From an uncultured Methylobacillus sp. (GTDB lineage: Bacteria; Pseudomonadota; Gammaproteobacteria; Burkholderiales; Methylophilaceae), in NCBI GenBank assembly GCA_964445115.1, contig CAYUJU010000010.1:2582-66581 (forward strand): DNA of 64,000 nt. The letters run 5' to 3'. The notes under the pieces were generated by a model. It was not told the DNA's origin, searched no databases, and was given only the letters and a program-made list of their open reading frames with translations. A program made the position numbers and the translations under genes. Positions within the stretch are counted from its first letter, which is position 1. The number at the start of each line of letters is the position of its first letter. This document shows, piece by piece, positions 31,445-41,457 of this stretch.

Positions 31445-31926
31445 GTCACCGGGCGTTCATCGCCCTCGGCAGCAACCTGCAGGATCCACAACAGCAGGTT
31501 CGTCGAGCGCTCGCCGAAATCGGTGACATGCCCGGGGTAAGGCTATTGCGGGCATCCTCGCTCTATCGTACCGCCCCCGTGGGCTATGATAACCAACCGG
31601 ACTTCATCAATGCTGTCGCCGAAATCACTACCGATCTCGCGCCGCTGCTCTTGCTGCGCTCGCTATTGGCGCTGGAAACCGCCCACGGCCGCGAACGCCC
31701 GTTCCCGAACGCCCCGCGCGTGCTGGATCTCGACCTTTTGCTTTATGATGACCTCTCCATGCATACCCCGGAACTGACACTGCCGCACCCACGCATGCAC
31801 AGCCGCGGCTTCGTGCTGTTGCCGCTCGCCGAGATTGCACCCGCACTGCACATCCCAGGACAAGGCCGCGTGGACGATCTGGCGACGAGCTGCCTCAATC
31901 AGGGCGTAGAGAAAATTTCAGCATGA
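31441..31926 (+). CDS. folK: 2-amino-4-hydroxy-6-hydroxymethyldihydropteridine diphosphokinase
   Basis: 161 aa. RVLDLDLLLYDD and LTLPHPRMHSRGFVLLPLAEI. Confidence 0.9.
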   Translation: MSHRAFIALGSNLQDPQQQVRRALAEIGDMPGVRLLRASSLYRTAPVGYDNQPDFINAVAEITTDLAPLLLLRSLLALETAHGRERPFPNAPRVLDLDLLLYDDLSMHTPELTLPHPRMHSRGFVLLPLAEIAPALHIPGQGRVDDLATSCLNQGVEKISA

Positions 31927-32573
31927 CACTGACCGACAAGTATCCCTACATCGTCATCGAAGGCCCGATCGGTTGCGGCAAGACGACGCTGGCAAAAAAA
32001 CTGGCCGACCGCTTTCCTGCAACGCTGTTGTTGGAAAATGCCAGCGCCAATCCATTCCTGCCCAAGTTCTATCAGGACGCTTCGCGCTACGCCCTGCCAA
32101 CGCAGTTGTTTTTCCTGTTTCAGCGGACCGAGCAGGTACGCGAACTGACGCAGCGGGATCTGTTTGGCGGCGCGACCATCGCCGACTTTTTCCTGGAGAA
32201 AGACCCGCTGTTCGCACGCCTGACCCTGAATGACGACGAGTTTGCGCTATACCGCCAGATATACCAGCACCTGCAGTTGCAGATCACTGCGCCCGACCTG
32301 GTGATCTACCTGCAGACTCCTGTGGACGCCCTGCTGAAGCGCGTGGAACAGCGCAACATCAGCTATGAACAGACTATCTCGCGCGAGTACCTGCGGCAAC
32401 TGGCAGAGGCCTACGGCGAGTATTTCCACCACTACGACACCTCGCCAGTCCTCATCGTCAATAACGAGAACCTGGACTGCGCCTCGGACGATGCCGCGCT
32501 GGAACTGCTGATCTCCCGCGTTGCCGGCATGCGTAGCCGTCGCGAGTATTTCAATCCGAGGCTGGACGGATGA
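31923..32573 (+). CDS. Deoxynucleoside kinase family protein
   Basis: 216 aa. P-loop IEGPIGCGKTTLAK and dNK-family layout. Lies between folK and panB. Confidence 0.8.
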   Translation: MTLTDKYPYIVIEGPIGCGKTTLAKKLADRFPATLLLENASANPFLPKFYQDASRYALPTQLFFLFQRTEQVRELTQRDLFGGATIADFFLEKDPLFARLTLNDDEFALYRQIYQHLQLQITAPDLVIYLQTPVDALLKRVEQRNISYEQTISREYLRQLAEAYGEYFHHYDTSPVLIVNNENLDCASDDAALELLISRVAGMRSRREYFNPRLDG

Positions 32574-33346
32574 CGCCGGAGTCCTTTCGCAACCTGCCGG
32601 GCAACCATGCCCCTATTGCCGTACTGACCTGCTACGACGCCAGCTTTGCCTCACTCTGCGAAACGGCCGGCGTCGATGTTCTGCTGGTCGGTGACTCGCT
32701 CGGCATGGTGTTGCAGGGTGCGCGCGATACGCTGCAAGTCAGCATGGACGACATGCGCTACCACACGCGTTGCGTGGCCCGCGGCGCCGACCACACCATG
32801 ATCGTGACCGACCTGCCGTACGGCAGCGACCAGACCACAGCGATGGCGCTGGAGAATGCCCGCCTGCTGATCGAGGCAGGGGCGCATATGGTCAAGCTGG
32901 AAGGCGCCAAACTCGAAGTCGTGCGCCATCTGGTCGGCCACGACATCCCTGTCTGTGGTCACCTCGGCTTTACCCCCCAATCCGTACACGAACTGGGCGG
33001 CTTCAAGGTCCAGGGACGCGATGCAGAAAGCGCGCAGCGCATCCTTCAGGATGCGCTGGCATTGCAACAGGCGGGCATCACCATGCTCGTGCTGGAAATG
33101 GTCCCCGCTGCCCTAGCGGCCGACATCACCTCTGCCCTGCGTATCCCGACCATCGGCATCGGTGCCGGTCCTGATTGCAGCGGGCAGGTTTTGGTTCTGC
33201 ACGACATGCTGGGCGTCTACCCCGGCAAAACCCCACGATTTGCCCGCAACTTCATGTCGGACACCAACAGCGCGCAGGAAGCCATTCGGCACTACGTTGA
33301 AGCGGTCAAGGCAAAAACATTCCCCGCGCCGGAGCACTGTTTCTGA
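32570..33346 (+). CDS. panB: 3-methyl-2-oxobutanoate hydroxymethyltransferase
   Basis: 258 aa. LLVGDSLGMV and VKLEG motifs. Confidence 0.92.
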   Translation: MTPESFRNLPGNHAPIAVLTCYDASFASLCETAGVDVLLVGDSLGMVLQGARDTLQVSMDDMRYHTRCVARGADHTMIVTDLPYGSDQTTAMALENARLLIEAGAHMVKLEGAKLEVVRHLVGHDIPVCGHLGFTPQSVHELGGFKVQGRDAESAQRILQDALALQQAGITMLVLEMVPAALAADITSALRIPTIGIGAGPDCSGQVLVLHDMLGVYPGKTPRFARNFMSDTNSAQEAIRHYVEAVKAKTFPAPEHCF

Positions 33347-34179
33347 TGGAGATCATCACCCACATCCCCGAACTGCGGCAGCGCCTTGCGCGGGCCGGCC
33401 GTATCGCCTTCGTGCCCACCATGGGCAATCTGCATGCCGGACACCTCTCACTGGTCCGCATGGCGAAGGCACATGCCGACACGGTCGTCGTGAGCATTTT
33501 CGTCAACCCCCTACAGTTCGGCCCCAACGAAGATTTGGCAAACTATCCGCGCACCCTGCAGACCGACTGCGAGAAACTGGCCGAAGCGGAGGCGGACATC
33601 CTGTTCACGCCCACCGAGGCAGACTTGTACCCGACGCCGCAAACCATCCAGATCGAGCCCTCCTCCATCGCCAGCGAACTCTGTGGCGCGCACCGCCCGG
33701 GGCATTTCAGGGGGGTGTGTACGGTGGTCGCCAAGCTATTCCACATCGTGCAACCGCAAGTGGCCTGTTTCGGCAGCAAGGATTTCCAGCAACTGTTCAT
33801 CCTGCGCGAAATGGTGTCGCAGCTGAACATGCCGATCGAGATGCTGGCAGGCGAAACCGTTCGCGAAACCGATGGCCTCGCCATGAGTTCGCGTAACGGC
33901 TACCTCAAACCTGCACAGCGTCTTGAGGCACCGCGCCTGTATCGCGCGCTGCAGCAGGTTGTAATGGCGGTGCAACAGGGAAGTCGCGATTTCGATGCCA
34001 TCGAGAGGCAAACCACGCAATACCTGACGCAGTTGGGGTGGATCGTCGACTATATTGCCGTGCGCAGTGCGACGACGCTGTTTGCACCGATGCCCGAAGA
34101 AGACAAACTGGTCGTCCTCGGGGCTGCTCGACTGGGATCGACGCGGCTGATCGACAACATCGAATTTTGCACTGCGTGA
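33346..34179 (+). CDS. panC: Pantoate--beta-alanine ligase
   Basis: 277 aa. VPTMGNLHAGHLSL (HxGH) and SIFVNPLQF. Confidence 0.92.
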   Translation: MEIITHIPELRQRLARAGRIAFVPTMGNLHAGHLSLVRMAKAHADTVVVSIFVNPLQFGPNEDLANYPRTLQTDCEKLAEAEADILFTPTEADLYPTPQTIQIEPSSIASELCGAHRPGHFRGVCTVVAKLFHIVQPQVACFGSKDFQQLFILREMVSQLNMPIEMLAGETVRETDGLAMSSRNGYLKPAQRLEAPRLYRALQQVVMAVQQGSRDFDAIERQTTQYLTQLGWIVDYIAVRSATTLFAPMPEEDKLVVLGAARLGSTRLIDNIEFCTA

Positions 34180-34229
34180 CCCCAGGCATTATAATGCCCC
34201 CCTTTTCTTACGAATCAGGCAGATAGCCC

Positions 34230-34610
34230 ATGCAAAGAACCATGCTCAAATCCAAGCTGCACCGGGTGCGCGTGACGCATTCCGAGCTGGACTACGAGGG
34301 TTCCTGCGCCATCGACGAGAACCTGCTGGACGCCGCGGACATTCGCGAATATCAGCAGATAGAGATTTACAACGTCAACAATGGCGAGCGTTTCACCACG
34401 TATGCGATTCGTGCCGAGCGTAACTCAGGCATTATCTCGGTCAATGGCGCCGCTGCCCGCAAGGCCGCACCGGGCGACATCCTGATCATCGCCACCTACG
34501 CCACCTACAACGAAATCGAACTGGAAAAGTTCGCACCGGAACTGGTGTACGTTGATGCGCTCAACCGTATCGTCAACAAGCGCCACGAGATTCCGGTTCA
34601 GGCCGCCTGA
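34230..34610 (+). CDS. panD: Aspartate 1-decarboxylase proenzyme
   Basis: 126 aa. [25 protein letters not shown], including the Gly-Ser self-cleavage site. Confidence 0.93.
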   Translation: MQRTMLKSKLHRVRVTHSELDYEGSCAIDENLLDAADIREYQQIEIYNVNNGERFTTYAIRAERNSGIISVNGAAARKAAPGDILIIATYATYNEIELEKFAPELVYVDALNRIVNKRHEIPVQAA

Positions 34611-34641
34611 CGCCAAACAGCTTCAGGCTGCAGCGCACAAT

Positions 34642-34670
34642 AAAAAAGCCCGGGAATCCCGGGCTTTTTT
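34642..34670. terminator. Bidirectional rho-independent terminator
   Basis: AAAAAAGCCCGGG-AAT-CCCGGGCTTTTTT, between convergent panD and the cytochrome gene. Confidence 0.65.
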
Positions 34671-34685
34671 ACGTCCTGAATCGTC

Positions 34686-35108
34686 TTACTTGACGGTCAG
34701 CAGGTAAGCAATGAAGTTACCCTTTTCCTGAGCGGTACAGTCACGACCGATAATGTCCAGGCAGTGCTTCTCGAAGTTCTTTTCCACCTTGTCCAGGTTG
34801 GAGAAGCGCTTGGCGTTGGCAGAAGGTGCCAGCGGTTGAATCGCCTTGCCGGTCACAGCGTGCTTGCCAGCCTGAGCCGGGTTGGTGGTGTGGCAGGAAG
34901 CACATGCCACCTGCTTGCCGCGGATGGTCAGTTCGCGGTTGAAAAATGCCTTGCCATCGTCAGCGGAGAGACCAGCGGAGGTCTTGTCGATGTTCTTTGC
35001 AATGACTGCATACTTGTCAGCCAGCTTCTGGGCGGAAGCCTGATCGGCTTGGGCCGTGACGCTGGCGAATGCCAGAGCGGCGATCAGTCCAAGAGTGATA
35101 TTACGCAT
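34686..35108 (-). CDS. Periplasmic monoheme c-type cytochrome (DUF1924-like)
   Basis: The ATG at 35108 (GGAGAG RBS) gives the signal peptide MRNITLGLIAALAFASVTAQA. One CASCH heme site. C-terminal HCLDIIGRDCTAQEKGNFIAYL resembles DUF1924 proteins. Confidence 0.7.
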   Translation of the reverse strand: MRNITLGLIAALAFASVTAQADQASAQKLADKYAVIAKNIDKTSAGLSADDGKAFFNRELTIRGKQVACASCHTTNPAQAGKHAVTGKAIQPLAPSANAKRFSNLDKVEKNFEKHCLDIIGRDCTAQEKGNFIAYLLTVK

Positions 35109-35211
35109 GAATACTCTCCTTACGATGTTGAAAATGATACTAACGCACGACGTTGACCAACAGTTTACCTGATTCAGCACCTTCTTGTCGCGTTCACACG
35201 GCCCTAACTAA

Positions 35212-35237
35212 AGAAGCCTGCACTCAGGCAGGCCTCT
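35212..35237 (-). terminator. Possible terminator after the chemoreceptor gene
   Basis: Minus strand GAGGCCTGC-CTGAGT-GCAGGCTTC (one mismatch), followed by TTTAGTT. Confidence 0.4.
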
Positions 35238-35256
35238 TTGCGATGCTGGTTCCGCC

Positions 35257-36414
35257 TCAAACGGTGAACTTCGACACCATTTCGTTCAGGGCCGCTGCCT
35301 TCTGCGACAGATGCTGCGACATGCCGTGGAACGCATTTGCCTCCTCTGCATTCTGACGCGACAGGCCTTCGATGTAGGTCACGGCTTCAGTAATTCCGCC
35401 GGTCGCTGCTTCCTGCTGGGTCGCGAGTGTCGCGATCGTATCGGACATCGACACGATCTCCTGCACAGCCCCTACGATACCATTCAGGGCATCTTCGGCC
35501 ATCTTGGCGCTGCCAGCTGCCGCGTTCGCGTCCTGCTGTTTCTCCTGCACCGTACGGGCTACCTGCTGAGACTTGTTCTGCAGACTGGTGATGATCTGGG
35601 TGATTTCTTCCGTGGACTTGCTGGTACGCTGCGACAGGTTACGGACCTCGTCCGCCACCACCGCGAAGCCGCGACCGGCTTCACCGGCACGCGCTGCCTC
35701 AATCGCGGCGTTCAGGGCCAACAGATTGGTCTGCTCGGAAATGTCGCGAATCACCTGCATCACGGAACTGATCTTGTTGATTTCGTCCTGCAGCGAAGTG
35801 ATGGACTCGGCGATCCCCTGCACATCATTCGAAATGGTATCCAGCGAGCGGATGGTTTCGCCGACAACCTTGCTGCCGCCGACCGCGGCAGAGTTGGCGC
35901 TCTTGGCAGAGGAGGCGACACGGTTGGCTTGCGCCGAGACGTCCTTCACCTGTCCGGCCAATTGCATGATGCTGCCAGCGATCTGTGCGGTGTGGTCCCC
36001 CTGGCTGGCGATCGCTTCCTTGGTACGCAACGCGATCGCGCTCATGTCATCGGCCGACCGCCCCAGTTCACCCGAGGTCTGGGTTACGCCCTGAATCAGC
36101 GTCGCGACCCCCTTGCGGGCACGGTCCGACTCATAGGCCATCCAGGAAAAATCATCCTTGCCCGCCAGCCCGAACCTCTTGGAGAGATCGCCGCTAGCGA
36201 TGGTCATGAGGTTGCGGGCAATCGCTTCGGCTCTCTTGGCAGAACGAAAACCGAACCACAGCGCGGTAATCACGTTCAGAACCAGAAATGTGGCAATGAC
36301 CGGGAGCGAGTTATCGAAGTACACCACGATAAACCCAACCCCCTCCAGCATCGAAAGGATCAGGAACTGCTTCTTCAAATTGAAATTCTGTATAAGCTTT
36401 TCCAGGATTTCCAT
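35257..36414 (-). CDS. Methyl-accepting chemotaxis protein without periplasmic sensor domain
   Basis: 385 aa. Two TM helices separated by about 4 residues, a HAMP-like segment, and a conserved signalling hairpin ([38 protein letters not shown]). Confidence 0.88.
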   Translation of the reverse strand: MEILEKLIQNFNLKKQFLILSMLEGVGFIVVYFDNSLPVIATFLVLNVITALWFGFRSAKRAEAIARNLMTIASGDLSKRFGLAGKDDFSWMAYESDRARKGVATLIQGVTQTSGELGRSADDMSAIALRTKEAIASQGDHTAQIAGSIMQLAGQVKDVSAQANRVASSAKSANSAAVGGSKVVGETIRSLDTISNDVQGIAESITSLQDEINKISSVMQVIRDISEQTNLLALNAAIEAARAGEAGRGFAVVADEVRNLSQRTSKSTEEITQIITSLQNKSQQVARTVQEKQQDANAAAGSAKMAEDALNGIVGAVQEIVSMSDTIATLATQQEAATGGITEAVTYIEGLSRQNAEEANAFHGMSQHLSQKAAALNEMVSKFTV

Positions 36415-36493
36415 CTTGACTCCACCTTGAGGAAATATTTTTTGTTATCGTACAACGAATTCGAGACTTGAATACGCCCGCAGACGCAAGATT

Positions 36494-37180
36494 CTAGTTG
36501 TTTTCGCACAATCTACCATAGTCCAGCAGACTAGCCACTACCCGATAGTCAGCAATCGCGCTAAAACTGACTTCTGCGATGAGCGGCGCCTCCAGGCGCT
36601 CACGCAGTGCCGACACGTTTTCTGCAGACGCGGCCATGCCAGGTTCGACATGATTCGCGACCCATCCCGCAATCGTCAAGCCGCGCGTGCGTATCGCCTC
36701 GGCAGTAAGCAAGGCGTGGCTGAGGCAACCGAGGCGCATCCCCACCACCAACACGACTGGCAACCCAAGGGCCACGGCCAGATCCGCCGTGTCTTCACGC
36801 GCGTTCAGGGGAACCCGAAACCCGCCAACGCCCTCCACGACAAGCCTGTCGACCAAAGCACTCGCCTCGGCAAAGGCCGTTGTAATGCGGGACATTTCGA
36901 TACGTTGCCCAGCCCATGCCGCCGCGACATGCGGCGCGACTGGCGGCTGGAACGCATAAGGATTCACGAGGGACAGCGGCAATTCGACGTTGGACGCCGT
37001 ACGCAGAGAGTTGACGTCGTCCGACATCCAGACACCAGCTTCAAGCTGACATCCCGCTGCGACAGGTTTCATCCCTGCCGAGCGGAAGCCACGCTGGGCG
37101 AACCCGTAGACCAGCGCAGAGGAAATCAGGGTCTTGCCGACACCGGTGTCGGTGCCGGTCACGAAGTATCCGGCACTCAT
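36494..37180 (-). CDS. bioD: Dethiobiotin synthase
   Basis: 228 aa. FVTGTDTGVGKT P-loop. Confidence 0.9.
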   Translation of the reverse strand: MSAGYFVTGTDTGVGKTLISSALVYGFAQRGFRSAGMKPVAAGCQLEAGVWMSDDVNSLRTASNVELPLSLVNPYAFQPPVAPHVAAAWAGQRIEMSRITTAFAEASALVDRLVVEGVGGFRVPLNAREDTADLAVALGLPVVLVVGMRLGCLSHALLTAEAIRTRGLTIAGWVANHVEPGMAASAENVSALRERLEAPLIAEVSFSAIADYRVVASLLDYGRLCENN

Positions 37181-38040
37181 CGATGAAAGCTGACCGGACT
37201 GACGCCTGCGGGAAGCTCCGACTGCGGTGATTTCCAGGCATGTCCGTAGACCACTTCAAAGGTCGCCGGCAATTTGCCATCTTGCCGGAACTGCTCGTAA
37301 TTCTCAGTCATCTGTTTCAGAAATCCCTTGCCTTCCAGCCCGCGCCGACGACCCTGGGCGGCATTTCGCGCACCGATCGCCTGCAGGTCGCGCATGACGC
37401 CGAGCACATCGTCATAAGTCAGGACAAAATGCTCCACATCCAATACTGGGGCCGTGAAGCCGTTGCGCACCAGCGCGTCGCCGATGTCATGCATATCGAT
37501 GAAACGGCTGACGTGCACGTGTGCCGGATCGGCTGAGGAGGCGACACGTAACTCCTTGAGCGTATCGGGACCGAAAGTGCTGAACATCAGGAGTCCTTCA
37601 GGACGCAGTGCGCGCGACAGGCCGGCGAAGGTCCGATCCAGATCGTTGCACCACTGGATGGCCAGGCTGGACCAGACAAAGTCCAGGCTTTGGTCGGCCA
37701 ACGGCAGTTGCTCAATATCGGCACAAATCGCGTGCCGAGGAGTACCCAGCCACTTTTTCCACCATGGCTGGGCCGACGAGGCGTGGCGCAGCATGCCCAA
37801 GGCGATATCCAGTGCGACCACGCGACTATCGGGGTAGCGCTCTGCCAGACTGCGTGTCGCGTGGCCCGTGCCGGACCCGGCATCCAGTATCATGCGCGGC
37901 TTCAGGTTGATGTAATCAAGCCGTGACAGCATGCGCGCCCGCACCTCCTTCTGCAGGATGGCCGCCGCATCGTAGCTGGCCGCGGCACGGTCGAAACTTG
38001 CACGTACCCGTGCCTTGTCGATCAGGTATTCATCCTGCAT
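37177..38040 (-). CDS. bioC: Malonyl-ACP O-methyltransferase
   Basis: SAM motif ILDAGSGTG. The start is set at the ATG at 38040 (MQDEYLIDKARVRASFDRAA). The longer ORF to 38118 would overlap bioH by 89 nt. Confidence 0.82.
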   Translation of the reverse strand: MQDEYLIDKARVRASFDRAAASYDAAAILQKEVRARMLSRLDYINLKPRMILDAGSGTGHATRSLAERYPDSRVVALDIALGMLRHASSAQPWWKKWLGTPRHAICADIEQLPLADQSLDFVWSSLAIQWCNDLDRTFAGLSRALRPEGLLMFSTFGPDTLKELRVASSADPAHVHVSRFIDMHDIGDALVRNGFTAPVLDVEHFVLTYDDVLGVMRDLQAIGARNAAQGRRRGLEGKGFLKQMTENYEQFRQDGKLPATFEVVYGHAWKSPQSELPAGVSPVSFHR

Positions 38041-38797
38041 GGCTAGGGTTCCTGATGGCGGCAACAAAGGCCGCCGGGTGGGAGAGAAAGGGCGCATGCG
38101 AAGCGCCAGGAATTTCATGCAATTGCGCGTCCGGCAAGTGTTGCGCCATCCAGCGCGCCGCGGCGATGGGCGCCAGCGTGTCGCGATTGCCGTGGATCAA
38201 CTGGACGGGCAGATGCAACCCGGTACAAGCCGCGCGCAAATCTGTGTCCAGCAGCACTTCCAGCGCTGCCAGCATCACGTGCGGCGCCGGGGCCGGGCGG
38301 GAAGCAAACTGCTCCTGCAACGCGCGCATCTGCTGACGCGAGGACTCCCCACCAAAGGCTTGCAGGCCGAGGAACCGTGACATGCTGGGATGATAGTCCG
38401 CCGCCACCTGCTCGGCGAAGTTTCGAAAGACTTCTGGAGCCACACCATGGTGCCAATCATGTTGATTGACGAAGCAGGGTGTGCTGCCGATCAGCACCAG
38501 CCGTTGCACGCGCTCAGGAAAGTCCAGCGCGAGCCGCATGGCCACCTCGCCGCCGAATGACCAGCCTGCCAGGATAGACTGCGGTGGCACGTGCCGTGCA
38601 ACGACTTCCGCGATACGGGACAAGGTATAGGGCTGACAGGCCGGACTGTGCCCCATGCCCGGCAAATCGATCAGATGCAGGCGGTAATCCTCTGCCAGGG
38701 CGTCGCACACCCCGCGCCATACCCCCCCGTGCATGCCCCATCCGTGCAGGAACACCATATCCGGCCCGTGGCCGGTGATGTCGACATGTAACGTCAT
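38030..38797 (-). CDS. bioH: Pimeloyl-ACP methyl ester carboxylesterase
   Basis: 255 aa alpha/beta hydrolase. FLHGWG and nucleophile elbow GWSFGG. Lies between bioF and bioC. Confidence 0.82.
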   Translation of the reverse strand: MTLHVDITGHGPDMVFLHGWGMHGGVWRGVCDALAEDYRLHLIDLPGMGHSPACQPYTLSRIAEVVARHVPPQSILAGWSFGGEVAMRLALDFPERVQRLVLIGSTPCFVNQHDWHHGVAPEVFRNFAEQVAADYHPSMSRFLGLQAFGGESSRQQMRALQEQFASRPAPAPHVMLAALEVLLDTDLRAACTGLHLPVQLIHGNRDTLAPIAAARWMAQHLPDAQLHEIPGASHAPFLSHPAAFVAAIRNPSHAG

Positions 38798-39966
38798 GCC
38801 ACCACTATTTTTTCTGCGGCTTGTAAGGCAGCAATCAGGCGTGCGATGTGCTCGTGCCGATGTGCCGCGGAAAGCGAAATGCGAAGCCGTGCCGTGCCCT
38901 GTGGGACGGTGGGAGGGCGAATCGCCGGCACCAGAATGCCTTGCTCACGCAGGATCTCGCTCACGCGCAGCGCCGCCTCGTTACTCCCGACGATCAAGGG
39001 CTGGATTGGCGTATCTGAGGCGGCAAGCTGCCAGCGCTGCAGACGCAACCCGCTTTTCAGTGCTGCGATCAGGGATTGCAGTTGTTCGCGCCGCGCATGC
39101 TCCTGCTCGATGATGGGGAGCGCCGCCAGCAGCGCGCCCGCCAGTGCAGGCGGCGTAGCGGTGGTGTAAATGTAAGGACGCGCTTTCTGCAGCAGGTAAT
39201 CGATCATGACCGGATCACCTGCCACGAAGGCTCCGGCAACGCCGGCCGCCTTGCCCAGGGTTGCCATGTAAATGATGCGAGAGCTGCTGACGCCGAAGTG
39301 TTCCAGCACGCCACGACCGTGTTGCCCCAGCACGCCGAAGCCGTGCGCATCATCCAGCATCAGCCAGGCATCGTAGCGTTCGCAGAGGGCGAGCAGCGCC
39401 GGCACGGGCGCCAGATCGCCGTCCATACTGAAGACCGCATCAGCGAGCACTAACTTTCGCTTGGCACTGCTTGCGGCCAACATCTGTTCCAACGCCTCCA
39501 GATCCTGATGGGCGTAGCGATTAAGCGATGCACGCGACAGCACGGCCGCATCGTTCAGGGAGGCATGATTGAGTTTGTCGGCGAATATCGCATCATGGCG
39601 GCCAACCAGGGCCGTGACCACCGCGAGGTTAGCCATGTAGCCGGTAGAGAAAGTCAGTGCGGCAGGCAGGCCAACGAACGCCGCCAGCGCCTGTTCCAGC
39701 ATCTGGTGCATACGGTGATGGCCGGTAATGAGGTGCGAGGCACCGCTGCCGGCGCCTGCCGAAGCCGCAGTCTCCTGCATGGCAGCGATCAGGCGCGGAT
39801 CCGCCGCCAGCCCGAGGTAGTCGTTACTGCAGAACGACAGCACCTCGGCACCATCCACCTGCATCACAGGCTGCTGCATACCATCGACCAGCCGGCGGCG
39901 GCGCAGGAGGCCTTCCGACTCACGCTGCGTCAACTCAGCCCTCAGGTCGGACCAGGGCGATGTCAC
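38794..39966 (-). CDS. bioF: 8-amino-7-oxononanoate synthase
   Basis: 390 aa. PLP-dependent acyl-CoA transferase pattern with the lysine context TLGKAAG. Confidence 0.9.
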   Translation of the reverse strand: MTSPWSDLRAELTQRESEGLLRRRRLVDGMQQPVMQVDGAEVLSFCSNDYLGLAADPRLIAAMQETAASAGAGSGASHLITGHHRMHQMLEQALAAFVGLPAALTFSTGYMANLAVVTALVGRHDAIFADKLNHASLNDAAVLSRASLNRYAHQDLEALEQMLAASSAKRKLVLADAVFSMDGDLAPVPALLALCERYDAWLMLDDAHGFGVLGQHGRGVLEHFGVSSSRIIYMATLGKAAGVAGAFVAGDPVMIDYLLQKARPYIYTTATPPALAGALLAALPIIEQEHARREQLQSLIAALKSGLRLQRWQLAASDTPIQPLIVGSNEAALRVSEILREQGILVPAIRPPTVPQGTARLRISLSAAHRHEHIARLIAALQAAEKIVVA

Positions 39967-39975
39967 GCAGATTCC

Positions 39976-40965
39976 TTAACGTTGTTCCGGCTTGATGCCG
40001 AGCTTGGCAAACAGCGCCTGATCACGGCTGACATCCGGGTTGCCGGTGGTGAGGAGCTTCTCGCCGTAGAAAATCGAATTGGCGCCAGCAAGGAAACACA
40101 GGGCCTGCAGCTCATCGGTCATGCGCTCACGACCAGCGGACAGGCGCACATAGCTTTCCGGCATGGTAATCCGTGCAGCCGCAATAGTGCGGACGAACTC
40201 GAACGGATCGAGTTCCTCGGTGCCGTCCAACGGCGTCCCTTCGACCTGGGTCAGCAGGTTGATCGGCACGCTCTCGGGCGGTTGTTCCATGTTGGCCAGT
40301 TGCGCTAACAGACCAGCACGCTGGTTGCGGGACTCGCCCATGCCAACAATGCCGCCACAGCAAACGTTGATGCCCACATCGCGCACGCGATCCAGCGTTT
40401 CCAGACGATCCTGGTAGGTGCGGGTGGAGATCACCTCACCGTAAAATTCCGGCGCCGTGTCGAGATTGTGGTTGTAGTAATCGAGGCCGGCTTCCTTCAG
40501 CTGTTCGGCTTGCCCTTCCTTCAGCATGCCCAGCGTGGCGCAAGTTTCGAGGCCCAGCGCCTTCACTTCCTCGATCATCTTCAGCACCGGCTCCAGATCG
40601 CGCTGCTTGGGACCACGCCAAGCCGCACCCATACAGAAGCGCGAGGCGCCGTTTTCCTTCGCGGCACGAGCAGCAGCAACCACTTCGTCCAGTTGCAGCA
40701 GGTCTTCGTTTTCCACACCCGTGTGGTAGCGGGCCGACTGCGGACAATAGCCGCAATCCTCAGAGCAGCCGCCGGTCTTGATCGACAGCAGGGTGCTAAC
40801 CTGCACCGCGTTGGGATCGAAATGCTGGCGGTGGACAGACTGCGCCCGGAAGATCAGGTCGCTGAACGGCAATTCGAACAATGCCGCAATCTCGGCCACG
40901 CTCCAGCGATTCACCTCCTGCTTCGGCGTAGCGGGTTTCACGAATTCAATAGTGGTTTCAAGCAT
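39976..40965 (-). CDS. bioB: Biotin synthase
   Basis: 329 aa. Radical-SAM motif [11 protein letters not shown] and the YNHNLDT motif. Confidence 0.95.
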   Translation of the reverse strand: MLETTIEFVKPATPKQEVNRWSVAEIAALFELPFSDLIFRAQSVHRQHFDPNAVQVSTLLSIKTGGCSEDCGYCPQSARYHTGVENEDLLQLDEVVAAARAAKENGASRFCMGAAWRGPKQRDLEPVLKMIEEVKALGLETCATLGMLKEGQAEQLKEAGLDYYNHNLDTAPEFYGEVISTRTYQDRLETLDRVRDVGINVCCGGIVGMGESRNQRAGLLAQLANMEQPPESVPINLLTQVEGTPLDGTEELDPFEFVRTIAAARITMPESYVRLSAGRERMTDELQALCFLAGANSIFYGEKLLTTGNPDVSRDQALFAKLGIKPEQR

Positions 40966-41383
40966 GTTCTACCTCAACAGTCATGTCCTGCCAGTTTTCC
41001 TTGTTGGCGCGCAAGATGTCACGAATGCCCAGTGGCAGGATCACCAGCAGACTGATCCCCCACACAGCCGGCCAGAACATCGGCAAGTGTAATGGGCCAA
41101 AATTGAGCACGCCCGGCACCCAGTTCGACATCTGCGGGCTGAAATTCAGCACGACCACCAGCGAACCGGTGAGGCCGTAGAACCGATAACCGGCGGGATA
41201 CAGATAATCGCGCACCCGCTGGTTGGGGTGATGTGCAATCGAAGCGTGTACGAAGATGGAGGCAGCGATCCACAGCAGCATCGGAATGATCAGTGGCATC
41301 AGCATGGTGGCGAGGATGGAAAGCTGGGTAAAAATCTTGGCGGCGCGCCGTTGCTCGGCGGCGGTAATGGTTTTCGCTGGCAT
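40958..41383 (-). CDS. Uncharacterised 4-TM membrane protein, first gene of the bio operon
   Basis: 141 aa with four hydrophobic helices. GGAGG RBS. Its stop overlaps the bioB start by 8 nt. I recognise no family. Confidence 0.6.
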   Translation of the reverse strand: MPAKTITAAEQRRAAKIFTQLSILATMLMPLIIPMLLWIAASIFVHASIAHHPNQRVRDYLYPAGYRFYGLTGSLVVVLNFSPQMSNWVPGVLNFGPLHLPMFWPAVWGISLLVILPLGIRDILRANKENWQDMTVEVEHA

Positions 41384-41417
41384 AATGTGGCCTCCATACC
41401 CTGAATGACAAAGCGGA

Positions 41418-41457
41418 ATTATAGTCTGTCAACGCAAGGTGCCGCAATTGATTGACA
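41418..41457 (-). promoter_or_regulatory. Candidate bio-operon promoter overlapped by a BirA-operator-like inverted repeat
   Basis: Minus strand: TTGCGG (41447-41442), 18 nt, perfect TATAAT (41423-41418). Imperfect palindrome TGTCAAC (41427-41433) N17 ATTGACA (41451-41457), comparable to E. coli bioO (TGTAAAC N18 GTTTACA). Confidence 0.35.
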
